Source: Cycas panzhihuaensis (Eukaryota > Plantae > Cycadophyta). From it: a DNA stretch of 64,000 nt. This document shows, one piece after another, positions 1-12,090 of this stretch. The translations under genes and the position numbers were made by a program. Each line of letters starts with the position of its first letter. The stretch's first letter is position 1. The DNA lies in the NCBI GenBank assembly GCA_023213395.1, contig CM041465.1:77321741-77385740 (forward strand). The letters run 5' to 3'. The notes beneath the pieces are model-generated. The model made no database searches, had not been told where the DNA came from, and saw only the letters and a program-made list of their open reading frames with translations.

Positions 1-590
1 ATAATTTTAAGTTTGGTTATTTCAAAAGTATACTAAACAATGTTAGAATAACATGAAATTTTATTAGTATGTAGATTAATGAAATATGAATCTAACAGAA
101 TTAATTATTTTGAAAACGGGTTTCTACAAATCAAGTTTTGATAAAGTAAAGATACAATCTTTGTTTTAAGGCCTAACAGGAGTATGGAGCACAAAATAGT
201 ATAAAAATATTAATAAAATTTTATAGAATATTGCAAAATGATCAAATATATTTTGAAAAGGTTTTTAATATATTTTTTAATTAAAAATTTTAAGAAATAT
301 ATATAAAAAATGTGTAAAAATAGTAAATTTAAGGTAATTAAGTACATCAATTTTGATCGATTTTAAAAATAAAAAAAGTATATTAAAATATATAAAAAAT
401 TATGTTATTTTGAAGAGGAATGAGTCAGTTTTTCAACGAAATTGATGGGATTAAATTCTGATACCAAATAGAAAAGTTATAGCAAAAATGGTAACAGGTA
501 TCTTTATATTAAAATGTTAGAAAAAAGGTTGAAAAATTAAATTGTATTAGGTGAATGAAATTTCATTTAGTTTTTAGAAGAAGATTTTAG
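1..590 (-). mobile_element. Fragment of a Ty1/copia 5' leader (conserved AT-rich non-coding module); the element continues left of the window
   Basis: Colinear with 35690-35849+38700-39080 and 58470-59000, which lie between PBS and gag of minus-strand copia elements (e.g. TTTTGAAAACGGGTTTCTACAAATCAAGTTTTGA; GAAGAGGAATGAGTCAGTTTTTCAACGAAATTGA; AAAAGTTATAGCAAAAATG). Confidence 0.7.
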
Positions 591-1075
591 GATCATATTT
601 CAGTTGAAACTTTATTTATTGCAAAAAGGTATCATCGAGTAGTATCTTGATGATATTGTCATCCAAGAATCGATGATGTTTGCGAACTTCATTGAACACC
701 TTTGTTATGATACATGATACATAACAAATAACATACATATTTAAGTAAGATGTGAACCAACATATACAATCAAGATGATCTAATCAAATGTGTACATTGA
801 GATAATAGGGGTTAAGAACATTAATATAGATCAATTGATCAATAATTAAAAGAGGACAAGAGGTTTGGCTGGCCTAGAAGTAGAAACACAGTTTGAATGT
901 TGACTTAAAAGAGATCAAGGAAGCATTCACACATTTGAGTTCACATGAAAAGGAGTAAGTTTTCATATGAGATCAAGATCTAGAATAGCTTAGCTGAAAG
1001 TTGAAAAGGACAAGATTTAAAAACTATTATGAACATAAAAAAAAAAAGAAGGACAGATAAATTTTAATAATAAAG

Positions 1076-1174
1076 AATACAAAATGTTAAGCACAAAAAT
1101 ATCAACAGAATCATTAGAATGATAACAAATAATACAAAATGTTAAGCACAAAAATATTAACAAAATCATTAGAA
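1076..1174 (+). repeat. Tandem duplication, 55-bp period
   Basis: AATACAAAATGTTAAGCACAAAAATAT(C/T)AACA(G/A)AATCATTAGAA at 1076 and 1131. Confidence 0.9.
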
Positions 1175-1199
1175 GTAACAACAACAATAATGGTGACAT

Positions 1200-4100
1200 C
1201 ATTTACAATAGTAAAAGGAGGGTTGAAGTAGAAGCTGTCAACTTTTAACGAGATAGAAGATGAAGATCCAACCAAACATTGTAATGTTTGTAAGACAATA
1301 TGGATGGCCAATGGTAAAATTGACAAAGACATTTAGTTACAATCATTTCTAGCCACACTATGGGATGTCGCAAATGACTGGTTTGAGAAATTCAAAAAAG
1401 GACATTTCAAGAAGTGGTCTTCCTTATGAGAAGCATTTGAAAAAGAATTCAGAGTATTGTGAAATAATAGTAAGGTGGTGGATCAAATTTACAATACGAA
1501 GCAAGAACACAAGGAAATAGTAAGAAACTATAAGATAATATTAAAAAGTTTAATAAAGAAAATAAAAAGTAAAGTAATAGATGGGTTAAGAAAGAGATGG
1601 TTTTTAGAAGGATTAGTTCTAAAATATAGAAGGAAGTTATGAGTCATCCCTCCTGCAACATATCAAGAAGCAATTGATTGAGCTATGAGCTTTGAAATTT
1701 AAGAGAAAGTAGAAGTTTGGTACAAAGAAAAGATAAGTGAAGTTGAAATAAAAGAAGAATCCTCCATAGAAGCTCTAAGTGAATATTTGATGAGAATGTT
1801 CAAAGATTTATCATAAAATTAATTTAAAAAATGATGCCATACATGGTGTGCCAAATGTTGTATAGAAGGTCATATGGAGTCATAATGTCTAGACAATTAA
1901 GGATTCAAGTATTACTACACCTATAAAATAAGTAATCATGATGCCAACGAATGTGGATTCAATATTTATGCATGTAGAAGACAAGAACGAGACATCTTCT
2001 TTATTTGACAAGAGATGAATAAACCACCTCTTAGAAGGGGATGCAGAGGATGACTAGTGCAATAAGATTCTCAAGGTCAATTAATGGTACAATGCTTTTA
2101 GTGTAAATTATGGGGACACTTTAGTAGAGACTGTTCTAACCTAAAAAATAATGTCTCAACGTTATATCATTGGTGCAGACTGGGTGATTATGAGGATGAC
2201 CATTATCTGAAATAACAAAACAAAAATGTCAATCTAGTAGGATTAATGGTAGAAGAGAAAGCACAAATGCTACTAACATATGTGGTGCATACAAGGAAGG
2301 CTAAGTAATCAAAATACCATGAGCCTCAAAAGGAGAGAATGATTAAGTCAAGTTAGGGAATTAATACAAGCAGTATAAGAACAGGAACACAATGCGGTTT
2401 TGACCAAGTAACAACTTGTAAAACCAACAAAAAATAGATCGATGGATTTAATAATGACAACAGAAGATGATATGATGCATAAGGATAATACCAAATTATT
2501 AGCATTACTTGAAAATAATGGTTTATAAGTATAATAATTTGAGGACTACATACGATAAATTAAGATAATAAGAATAGGGAGAATGATAGCAAAAGAGTGC
2601 ATCATGAGTAAATCAATAATACAAGAACCCCACATAGAATATCATCATGTACGTTCTCTTAGAATCGATTAAGACTTAATTGTTTCAATGAATATATCGA
2701 GGTATGTATTGTAGAATACAATAATAGATGGTAGGGATGTAGTGAACATTATTCTAATTACAACTTGGAAAGTAATTGGTATACTTAAGTTATGCCCCCT
2801 AGATTTTGATTACAACTAGTTGATCAACATGGCATGCAACCATTAGAGATGATGTGAGTATAAAAAATATAGATAGGAAATTAAAAATTTGTAATAGACT
2901 TTGTTGTAATACCTATGATTAATAAAACACCTATGTCTTATGATGTTCTTTTAGGTCAACCTTAGTTACAAAATGTGTACATATTCCAGAAGTAGGGGCA
3001 TAATACATTGACAATTAGGCAAAGATGAAAGAGGCAATTAATTAATTTAAATCATCATACTATAAGTGAAAAATTAGTAGATTTTAATTCTTCTCAGGAT
3101 GATGATATTGATGATAATAAATGTACTAATAATACTTATTGAAGGTGTTTTGTATTTGGATGCATATTTTAAAGATGAATTAGATTTAAAATAGTGGATT
3201 ATTTTATTGGAAACAATAAGAATATTAATGATCATCACAAATTTTAAAATATTAATGATCAATACGAATATCTTAATTAGCACAAATATTTTGATCATTT
3301 TTATGAAGTTATCAAAGGAAATCAAGTAATACTCCAAAATCTAAAACCAAAATTTTTTATGAAGAAGCACCACAATAACTTATAAATTTGGGAATTGAGC
3401 ATAACAAGTAAATAATCATATTAGGAAAAATATGGAATTTAATATTGGTGGCAGCAACGGCAAATAATTATATAAAATATAAGGATGTTTTTACTTGGAC
3501 ATATAAGGATCTAAAAGGAATATCAAGAGAATTATGTAAACATAAAATAGAACTAATATCAGGATCAAAATTAGTAAAACACACACTGTATTAAATAAAT
3601 CTCAAATACGTATAGCAAGTGGATGCAAAAATGAAGAAAATAGATGCATAAATTATATTTAAGGTTGAAATAAGTGACTAAGTATCTCGAATAGTGACTG
3701 TTCTTAAGAAAAATAGAAAATTATATATTTGTGTGGATTTTAAAAAATTAAATGCAGTAATTTATAAAGATCCATTCTTTACACCATTCATAGATACTAT
3801 GTTAGAAGTAGTTATGTGACATGAGGTGTATTTATTTTTAGATAGGTTTTTTTGATACAACTAAATTAACATTACAGAAAAAGATAGATTAAAATCACGT
3901 TTATTATCTAAACTAGATTTTTTACATACAATTGCATGCCATTAAGGTTGTGTAATACATCAGCTAGTTTTTAATAAATAATCATGTATATATTCGATTA
4001 ATTATTGTCAAAGTTAATAAAAGTGTATTTAAATGATTGGTCTATTTATGGAAACATTGAAGATCACCTTTCACTGTTAACGGTCTATTTATGGAAACAT

Positions 4101-6180
4101 TGAAGATCACCTTTCATTGTTAACAAAATATTTGGAAATTTGTTGAAAAATAAGATTATCACTAAATCTAGAGAAATGTTAGTTTTTAGTTCTGTATGGA
4201 AAATTGTTGGGATATATTGTATGTGTTCGTAGACTAAAATGGATCTGGTCAAAATCAAAGTTATTATGAACTTAGCACCACTAGCAAATAGTATAGAAGT
4301 ACTAATATTTTCTAGACACATAGGGTATTACTGTTAGTTTATAAAAGGATTTATTCATATTGTACACCCCTTAGAAGAATTGTTAAGAAAATGTGTAAGT
4401 TTCACTTGGGGGAATGAGTAGTAAAAAGCATTTGGCCATCTTAAAAATAGACTTATAATAGTCTCAATTAGGTGTACACTCATTCAAGAAGGAAGTCACA
4501 AGTTAGACTTACCTATTTATTTTGTTAGCAGATGCTTAAATAAAGTAGAGAAGAATTATTTAATAATGGAAAGGAAAGCATTAAGGATAATATATGCTAT
4601 ATAAAAAATTTGGCACTACCTTTTAACAAAATTTTTTGTATTTTTTGTGGTTAATCAAGCCCTCTTATATATGATTAATAAGGTTATAATACAATGTAAG
4701 ATAAGTTGATGGTTATTGTTGCTACAAGAATTCAACTTTAGAATAATAATTCGACTAGGATGTACCCATGTGGCTACTGATCATTTATTAAGAAATTAGA
4801 TAGGAGAAGAACCTTTTAACTTAAAAGATAATTTTTTGGATGCTAAAATTTTTCATGTAGTCATAACACCTCTAAGCTATGATGATATAACAAGATATCT
4901 TAGTTTGGGTTCATTTCCCATAGACCTGCATTCACAACAATGTAAAGATTTGATAAAGAAAGTGGTACCATATCAACTAATAGGAGGATTTTTATATAAA
5001 TTAGGTAAATATTATGTATTAAAATGATGTGTGATGCCAAAGGAAGTACCAAAAATATTTAATAAAGCTCATAACAGAACCATGGGTGGTCATTTAAGAT
5101 TTAAAGGTACTATTAAGAAAATATTGTTATTAGGACTATGGTAGTTGTAATTATTTAAAGATATAAATGAATTTGTATTAACATGTGATATTTATCAATG
5201 TATGGTATGACCTCTCCAACATGATTTTATATCTTTACAACCATCATTGGTTCAAGGAGTTTTTGAATAATGGGGATTAGATTTTGTTAGACCTTTAACA
5301 TGTTGTAAGAACAAATCAGGAAAAATATATTTTAGTAGTAATAGATTATCTTACAAAGTGGTTCAAAGCAAATACACTTTAAGATAATTCACTATAAAGT
5401 ATAACTATATTTTTTTATGAAAACATTATCACTAGATTTGGATGTCCCTTAGAATTTGCCAGTTATAGAGGAACACCTTTTATAAGTGAAACGATTTATT
5501 GCTTAATTCAAGAATTTATGATTACACATCATAAATCGACACCTTATTATCCACGAGCTAATAGGAAAGTAGAATCAAGCGATAAAATCATAGTTATAAT
5601 CTTAATAAAACTATGTAATGTGAATAGAAATAATGGGTAGAACACGTACATTCAGTATTATGGGCTTTCAGGATTGTCTATAAATCTTCAACTGGTCATA
5701 TACCATTCCAATTAGTATATGGGATAGAAGCAGTTCTACCCATTGAATTTATAGTGTAAAGCTTAAGAATTACAGTTTAATATCGATGGTCTGATATAGA
5801 AAGTATCCAAGACTGATTAGAAGCTATTCTTACTCTTGATGAAAAGCGACAACATGTACAATAGGTGATGAATGTAATATAACAATGAAGTAAAGAATGA
5901 CACGATAAAAGGATGCATATGAAAACATTTACAGAAGGGGAATTATTGCTTAAATATGATGCCAAACATTTCATAAAGCCATGTAAGCTTAAAGTTCATT
6001 GGTTTGGTCCATTTATAGTTTAAAAAATCTTTGAAAATGGTTCAATGGAAATAACATGTAGCAATGGTGTTGGTCTAACAATGGTGGTCAATGGATCGAG
6101 ACTAAAATTGTATAAAATTAAAGTAGATGATTTGACTATTAATAACAACATGAATACAAATGATAAAAAGGATAATAAGA
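1200..6180 (+). pseudogene. gag-pol pseudogene of the Athila/Tat-like gypsy
   Basis: Manual translation gives Gag CCHC knuckles (1844-2210) and PR, RT, RH and INT motifs, interrupted by TGG/CAA-derived stops. Confidence 0.85.
4039..4124 (+). repeat. 43-bp tandem duplication just after the RT YxDD motif
   Basis: GGTCTATTTATGGAAACATTGAAGATCACCTTTCA(C/T)TGTTAAC twice, 1 mismatch. Confidence 0.95.
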
Positions 6181-6361
6181 ATCAATAATATTAGTTAGAG
6201 TAGGGTGTATATCACAAGTATACATCACCCATACACTTATTCAGGTCTTTTCAGTAAAAAAAAAGTTAAAGAAGAAAAAGAATATATTATATATAAATTA
6301 AAAAAAATGAAAAAATGAAAAGGGCCATTATTGATTAGCATTCAATGATAACTTAATTGGC

Positions 6362-6555
6362 TGGCAGTGGGCCTATTAGCTGACTGCCACCGATCAATCG
6401 ATGGAGGGCTAGTTGATTAGTTGATCATCGACCTTGAGCGGCCCATGGTTTCCCATAAACCATAGGCGAGAAACCATGTGTAAGCCTGCAGTTTTTACCT
6501 ATTATATGGGTAAAAACCATGGGCCCTCAGCACCCACTTCTCTCTTTATAAATTT
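6362..6555 (+). promoter_or_regulatory. GC-rich inverted-repeat cluster and TATA-like box between pol and the extra ORF
   Basis: TGGCAGT/ACTGCCA; perfect 12-bp IR GGCCCATGGTTT (6440-6451) / AAACCATGGGCC (6514-6525); GTTTTTACC/GGTAAAAAC; TTTATAAAT at ~6545. Confidence 0.5.
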
Positions 6556-6617
6556 GAGAGGGACCTTTAAAGAAAGTTAAGGTAGTGGCAAAGTTGGAAT
6601 CACCAAGGAAGTTAGAA

Positions 6618-8720
6618 TGACCAATAGTTTGGAGTCAATAAAGAAATCAATAGTAAAAATATTGACAAGGAAGTGAATTATGTGATGCTTGGATTTGTTA
6701 AGTTCACCTAAACTACCCTACCATTTGCAAAATTATCATAGAAGATTATTAAGGAAGAGATAGACATAGACTTTCTATTCAAAATCAAATGATATCAAAT
6801 CTGATGGTAATTACTAGATTCCCCAGTACTCTAGAAATGGGTGGAATTAGAAGTTTAAGATCAAAATGCTTTGTTATGGGGGTAGTTAACAAGTGCTAAA
6901 ATTATTCAGACAACATCATTTCTAGTCTTCTTAAAGAATTCAAAGAAATTACAAGATTTATTACAGGGTTATAACCTTATAAAATGGGTGTTAATAATTG
7001 ATAGAAAAATTATAAGCATCGAGCCAGAAGACATAACTAGATTAATAGGATTTTCAAAGGAGGGATAGGAAGTTAAGAAAGTAAGGAATTTAATAGTCAT
7101 AATGAAGGATCAGATTATTTAGATAATATACAGAACATAATTTCATATTAAGCATGGGGCACGAGGCATTCTAGTAACACATCTAAAGACCATAAACATC
7201 ACGGTCATTATGATAATCATGTATATAAGGTTGTTAGGAAAACAACATTGTAATGTGCTATGATAGTGGAATGTATTCTATTTATAAGGGCATATGAAGG
7301 GAATGGTTTATAATTGGTTAGCCTTCATTTTAGAGAAGATGAAAACATCTTTACATAAACTCATTATAAGGACACAATCAAATTTTAATTTTACCTTGTA
7401 TTTATTTGGGTTATGTTATGAGAAATTCCATCTACTAGGAATAGCAAGGAGTTTATTAATTTAGTTATTTTTTTCATTCCATAAGAATTCATCCACACTA
7501 AAAAAAATTTGATTAAAAGTTCAAACGAAGGTTAAAGAGGTCTGAATAAAATAGAATAAGTGTAAGATTATAATAGTACATGGAATAGATGAATCATTAT
7601 TAAACACTTCTATTGACTTAGATGATTTAGATGAAGACTGCATAGCAGATTATTCAAACTTTAGTTCAAGTGGAGGGGAAGATGATGAGTTAGAATAAGA
7701 CCTTGGGCCTATGCCTACAAGTGATGATGAAGATACTCATGTTATGTTAGATTTGAATATTCTTGCATCTCCCATTATTAATAGTGAGGCTATCGTATGT
7801 GAATTAATAGGAGCAATAAGGGTAGTAGTAGAGCTACCTAGATTGGAGCCAAAACTAGGGGAAGGGAAAAGGATAACAAGCCCTATTATTGCACATCAAA
7901 TAGTATGATAGGAACAAGAATCATTTTTTAAGATAATGAAGGATAATTTTGAATAACTACAAAAGGATCTAAAAGAGGCACACGAATCAACTTATAAAAT
8001 GAAAGAGTCATTGCAAAATAAAGAGTATAGTCACTTATTAAAAACAAATGAAGAAATGTACAATAGTGAGATGTATCATGTTCAATAAATCAACACATTG
8101 AAAGAATATCTTTGTCAAAATGAAGAACAAATTTAAATATGAGAGGGACATCTTTGTCAAAGTGAAAAATAATTTTGAATAATAGAGCAACGGGTTAAAG
8201 AGTTGATAGTTTAGATAGAAGAAGAAAAAATATGCTACCATTGAGTACTTTAGTGTGCTGAAGTAGTGAGTTATAAAAACCAAAAGTGGTGACAGAAGGT
8301 AAGCTTAGATCTAGTTTATTCTAAGGCATCCCCAAGGCCAATTCAAAGGTTAGCTCAAGGCGAAGCTTATCAACACATTGAAAGAATATCTTTGTCAAAA
8401 TGAAGAACAAATTTAAATATGAGAGGGACATCTTTGTCAAAGTGAAAAATAATTTTGAATAATAGAGCAACGGGTTAAAGAGTTGATAGTTCAGATAGAA
8501 GAAGAAAAAATATGCTAGCATTGAGTACTTTAGTGTGCTGAAGTAGTGAGTTATAAAAACCAAAAGTGGTGACAGAAGGTAAGCTTAGATCTAGTTTATT
8601 CTAAGGCATCCCCAAGGCCAATTCAAAGGTTAGCTCAAGGTGAAGCTTTAGATCTAACTCAACTCCAACTTCAGAGATTACTACTCTTACTCTAGATTAG
8701 ACAATTCATTTTGATTGAGA
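6618..8720 (+). pseudogene. Decayed extra 3' ORF of the gypsy (env-like / PMD- or Transposase_32-like)
   Basis: ISIEPEDITRLIGFSKEG (~7012-7065) and YNWLAFILEKMK (~7309-7344), then an acidic linker (7610-7740) and a coiled-coil-like tail. Family assignment is by motif resemblance only. Confidence 0.55.
8089..8648 (+). repeat. 280-bp tandem duplication
   Basis: 8089-8368 vs 8369-8648; only 3 substitutions seen. Confidence 0.97.
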
Positions 8721-8748
8721 CACTCATAACTAAAAATAGAGGGATAGA

Positions 8749-9099
8749 TGTTAGGCATCAATTTTGTTAATTATATCATTGAAAGAAGTTAGTTTTGAGT
8801 TAGTTCAAGTTAGTTACTAAATGACATATGTAAGTTCATATGTGTATATATATGTAATATGAACAAATGAGGGTATGTGATGTAGCACATATTGATCTTA
8901 GTGGATGGTTCAACTTATGTACATCCTATTTTGATATAATATAATTGATATTATGTATATTGTGTTGTGCTTCTTTATATGTCGATGCTATGATATATTG
9001 TATATTATACATGGTATTGAGCATGTATAGATTGATTGTGTTGCAATATCCTCCCTTTCTCTCTTCCTAGTCTGAACTCGTATATTCATATAGTTAACA
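8749..9099 (+). repeat. Probable 3' LTR of the Athila/Tat-like gypsy
   Basis: Preceded by purine tract AAAAATAGAGGGATAGA; termini TGTTA...TAACA. No partner LTR in the window. Confidence 0.55.
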
Positions 9100-9358
<259 letters not shown>

Positions 9359-10772
9359 ATGAAATCAACCAAAAAAAGTTTTGCAAATAAAATTATTTAT
9401 GTAATCAATGAAGATTATTATAAATAATATAATTGGTGTACTAAATAAGAGCCTTCTCTCAGGTGATCTATTCCAACCTTGTCTAAGGCACCTCTGTTTG
9501 AGCAAGGGCATCTTCATTCAATGATATCTTTGTTAGAGTAAATATTATTCATATTTTGAAGGTGTTTTTATCCAAGTAAACCCTTCTTAAATTATACTTA
9601 TCAAAATCATGAATGTATTTATATACATGAGGAAGTCATTGTGTAATATTACAGTTAGCATTAGGAGCAACCTGCCAAAGCGTGGAAGAAGGGCGATATG
9701 GACATTATTAGTCTTCATAGAATATCTATGCAAAAAATAGTGACTAATACTTATCATTTGAGCATCTATTTATCATATAAGCATTGTAGTATGTGATAGT
9801 AAAAAACTACAGGCATGCCATAAAAATTTATAATAGATTGTAATCTCCATTGGTTAGAAGATAAACTTCAGTATATAGATATGTTGTATTATTTCCATGC
9901 AAACTGTTCACATATTTCATTGTTCATCCACCTCTGTTGTCATATTTTGAGCTATCATCATATAAAACGATGTGGAATGACCATCACAGGCTATAAATAC
10001 TACATGTCATTGGCCAATTAAATAATCATATCACATTTTAATCATTACACTACACAATAAGAAGTATGATAACTTTCTCATATGGTAGTTTCTTATGAAG
10101 GAAGCTACAGATGCGAGGCGAACGACGAATGATGAATGTGTTTAGGGTTTACCAAGTGAATGACGAATAATGAGTGCACAGGGGCAGCTCTAGGGACAGA
10201 TTTGGCATCCTCCAAGTTTAGATGGGTGCTAAGACGCCTAGATTTCTTTGTATCTAAGACAGACCCAGGTTATTATAGCCCTGAATGATGATCTGTGGAT
10301 AGTGTAGAGACCTTCTACCATCTCTCAGAAGAGCTCAGACCGTCAAAGCAATGCCCCCCTTAGCCTACAGAATTAGAGCAATCCCAAAGAAGTTATATTT
10401 CAGAATTAGTGGGGAGTTTCATATGGCAGGGTTCTCTATTTGGGAGCCATCTGCCCTTAGATCCATAAAGAGATGATTCTCTCTCAAAGATATAGGAAAA
10501 GAGAACAAAGAACAAATTTCTCTTAGCTCTGGTTATTAAATCGATTGGAAGGAAGATGGTCTTGATGAGGGGAGCTAGGTATGTAGGGTTCTTCATGCTT
10601 CCAGAGAGGGTACTAGACCAAGTTTTGTTAGATCTACAGATAAGAGAATCGAGGGGATCTGGGTGTAGGAGCAAAAAGAAATCAAACATTAGGCTTGAAA
10701 AGGTGCAGGTTGGCAGTTCCAACAGTGGCCAAACCGGTGAGACCCATTATTTTAAATGAATAAATTTAAATC

Positions 10773-12065
10773 ATGGAGGAACCTATGAAGGAACCACCCC
10801 AATCTCAAACTCTTCAGTCCCACCAAACCTATTTTTTTCTTAACATAAAGTCATACCTAGAAGCTTTAAGCAAGTCTGAAGTTGAAACATTTGAGATAAA
10901 CCCTATTTTAGAAAATGATAAGTTTAAAATTTTAGTTCCTAAGAAGCTATCAGATAAGCTAGAAAATTATTAGGAAAATAGCCTTGTTGGGCATTTTTTA
11001 GATCCTAGGCTAGGAGTTGACCCCATTAGGAAGTGGGTTAATAAGTGATAGAAGCTAAAATGCCAAATTAAAGCTATCGCACTCCTTAAGGGTTGTGTTT
11101 TGTTTAAGTTCACCTGCCATGAGGATATGGTTAACATTCTTTTAAAATCCCCCTAGATGATGGGGAGGAAGGCATTTTTGTTGGAGAAATGGCATCCAAA
11201 CTTTGATCCAGCAGAGGGGTCCATAAAGCAAATCCTCTTATAGGTTCAGCTCCTGGGCCTCCCTCTCCAAGCCTGGGATATTGATGTTATAAAAAGGATA
11301 GTAAAGATTATTAGGCCCCTTTTGGCAATGGACTCTATGACAAAGAATAGGAATAGATTAGTGAATGCCAGGTTTTATGCCCTAGCCAGAACAGACAAAC
11401 ATCGTCCTGATTAGGTGATTATAGATGGATGTGGTTGGAGTAAAGAGAAAAGACTAGTATACGAGATGGAAAATGTGAAGTGTTTAAAATGTAAATACCT
11501 GGGTCATTTCCCCTCTAGTTGCCCTAGGATTTCAAAGCTAAGCTGATCCAATCCACCTGAAGAGGAGGGCAAGGTAGATGAAGGTCATGGGGAGCCTGAC
11601 AGCCCCATAGAGCCAGTAAGGCCTGTTGAATTACAAAACAATGAGGGACAGGAGTTATAGCCTCCAAAGGAAGGGCAAGGCACATCCCAAACTGAAGGGG
11701 GGTAGGGTTTCAATATGGATGAAGAAGATTCCCTTTATGAAGATGGGGAGGTTGAAACAAGGACTCCCCTAAACCCTATCTAGCTCCAAATTGCACTTAT
11801 GCACCATGGGGATGACACAAATGAAGGGGGTACCAGTGCAGAGAAGAAGGTAGAGAAGGTTTGGAGGGCTAGAGATCTCGGGCCTAAGGATCTGGACCTA
11901 GTAGTAGCCAGGGGTCTGGATTTTAGCAGTGAGAAGAGGCCCAGTAGACCATCAACAAAAGCTATGTGGGAGAGAGAGGTAGCAATCCAGATCAATCAAT
12001 GGACACAACGCATCCTAAAGGATGGGGCCCCAACTCTGGGACCTAAGACCAGAAAAAAGAAATGA
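10773..12065 (+). pseudogene. L1 ORF1 (DUF4283-type RRM + CCHC knuckle), interrupted by stops
   Basis: LVGHFL...FLLEKWHPNFDP...VQLLGLPLQAW; CLKCKYLGHFPSSC at ~11481-11522. Confidence 0.85.
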
Positions 12066-12090
12066 GGGACCCCAAAGGGGGGATGCAATC

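Larger units (their letters stand above)
1000..9099 (+). mobile_element. Decayed non-chromovirus Ty3/gypsy (Athila/Tat-like) LTR retrotransposon; 5' LTR not found
   Basis: Domain order gag - PR (IIDGRDVVNI ~2720) - RT (YKDVFTWTYKDLKGI ~3480; VYLND ~4023) - RNaseH - INT (WGLDFV ~5270; TPYYPRAN ~5540; WFGPF ~6000), then an extra ORF, PPT and LTR. Many stops and frameshifts; left boundary approximate. Confidence 0.85.

Noticed and set aside
456-468. TCTGATACCAAA, resembling a minus-strand Met PBS
   Set aside because: It lies inside the shared leader module; the homologous positions in copia B and C lack it and no LTR follows.
8038-8563. Two near-identical hydrophobic minus-strand ORFs
   Set aside because: Antisense by-products of the 280-bp duplication in A-rich sequence.
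10141-10150. TTTAGGGTTT as a telomeric repeat
   Set aside because: Single unit (a telo-box at most); expected by chance.
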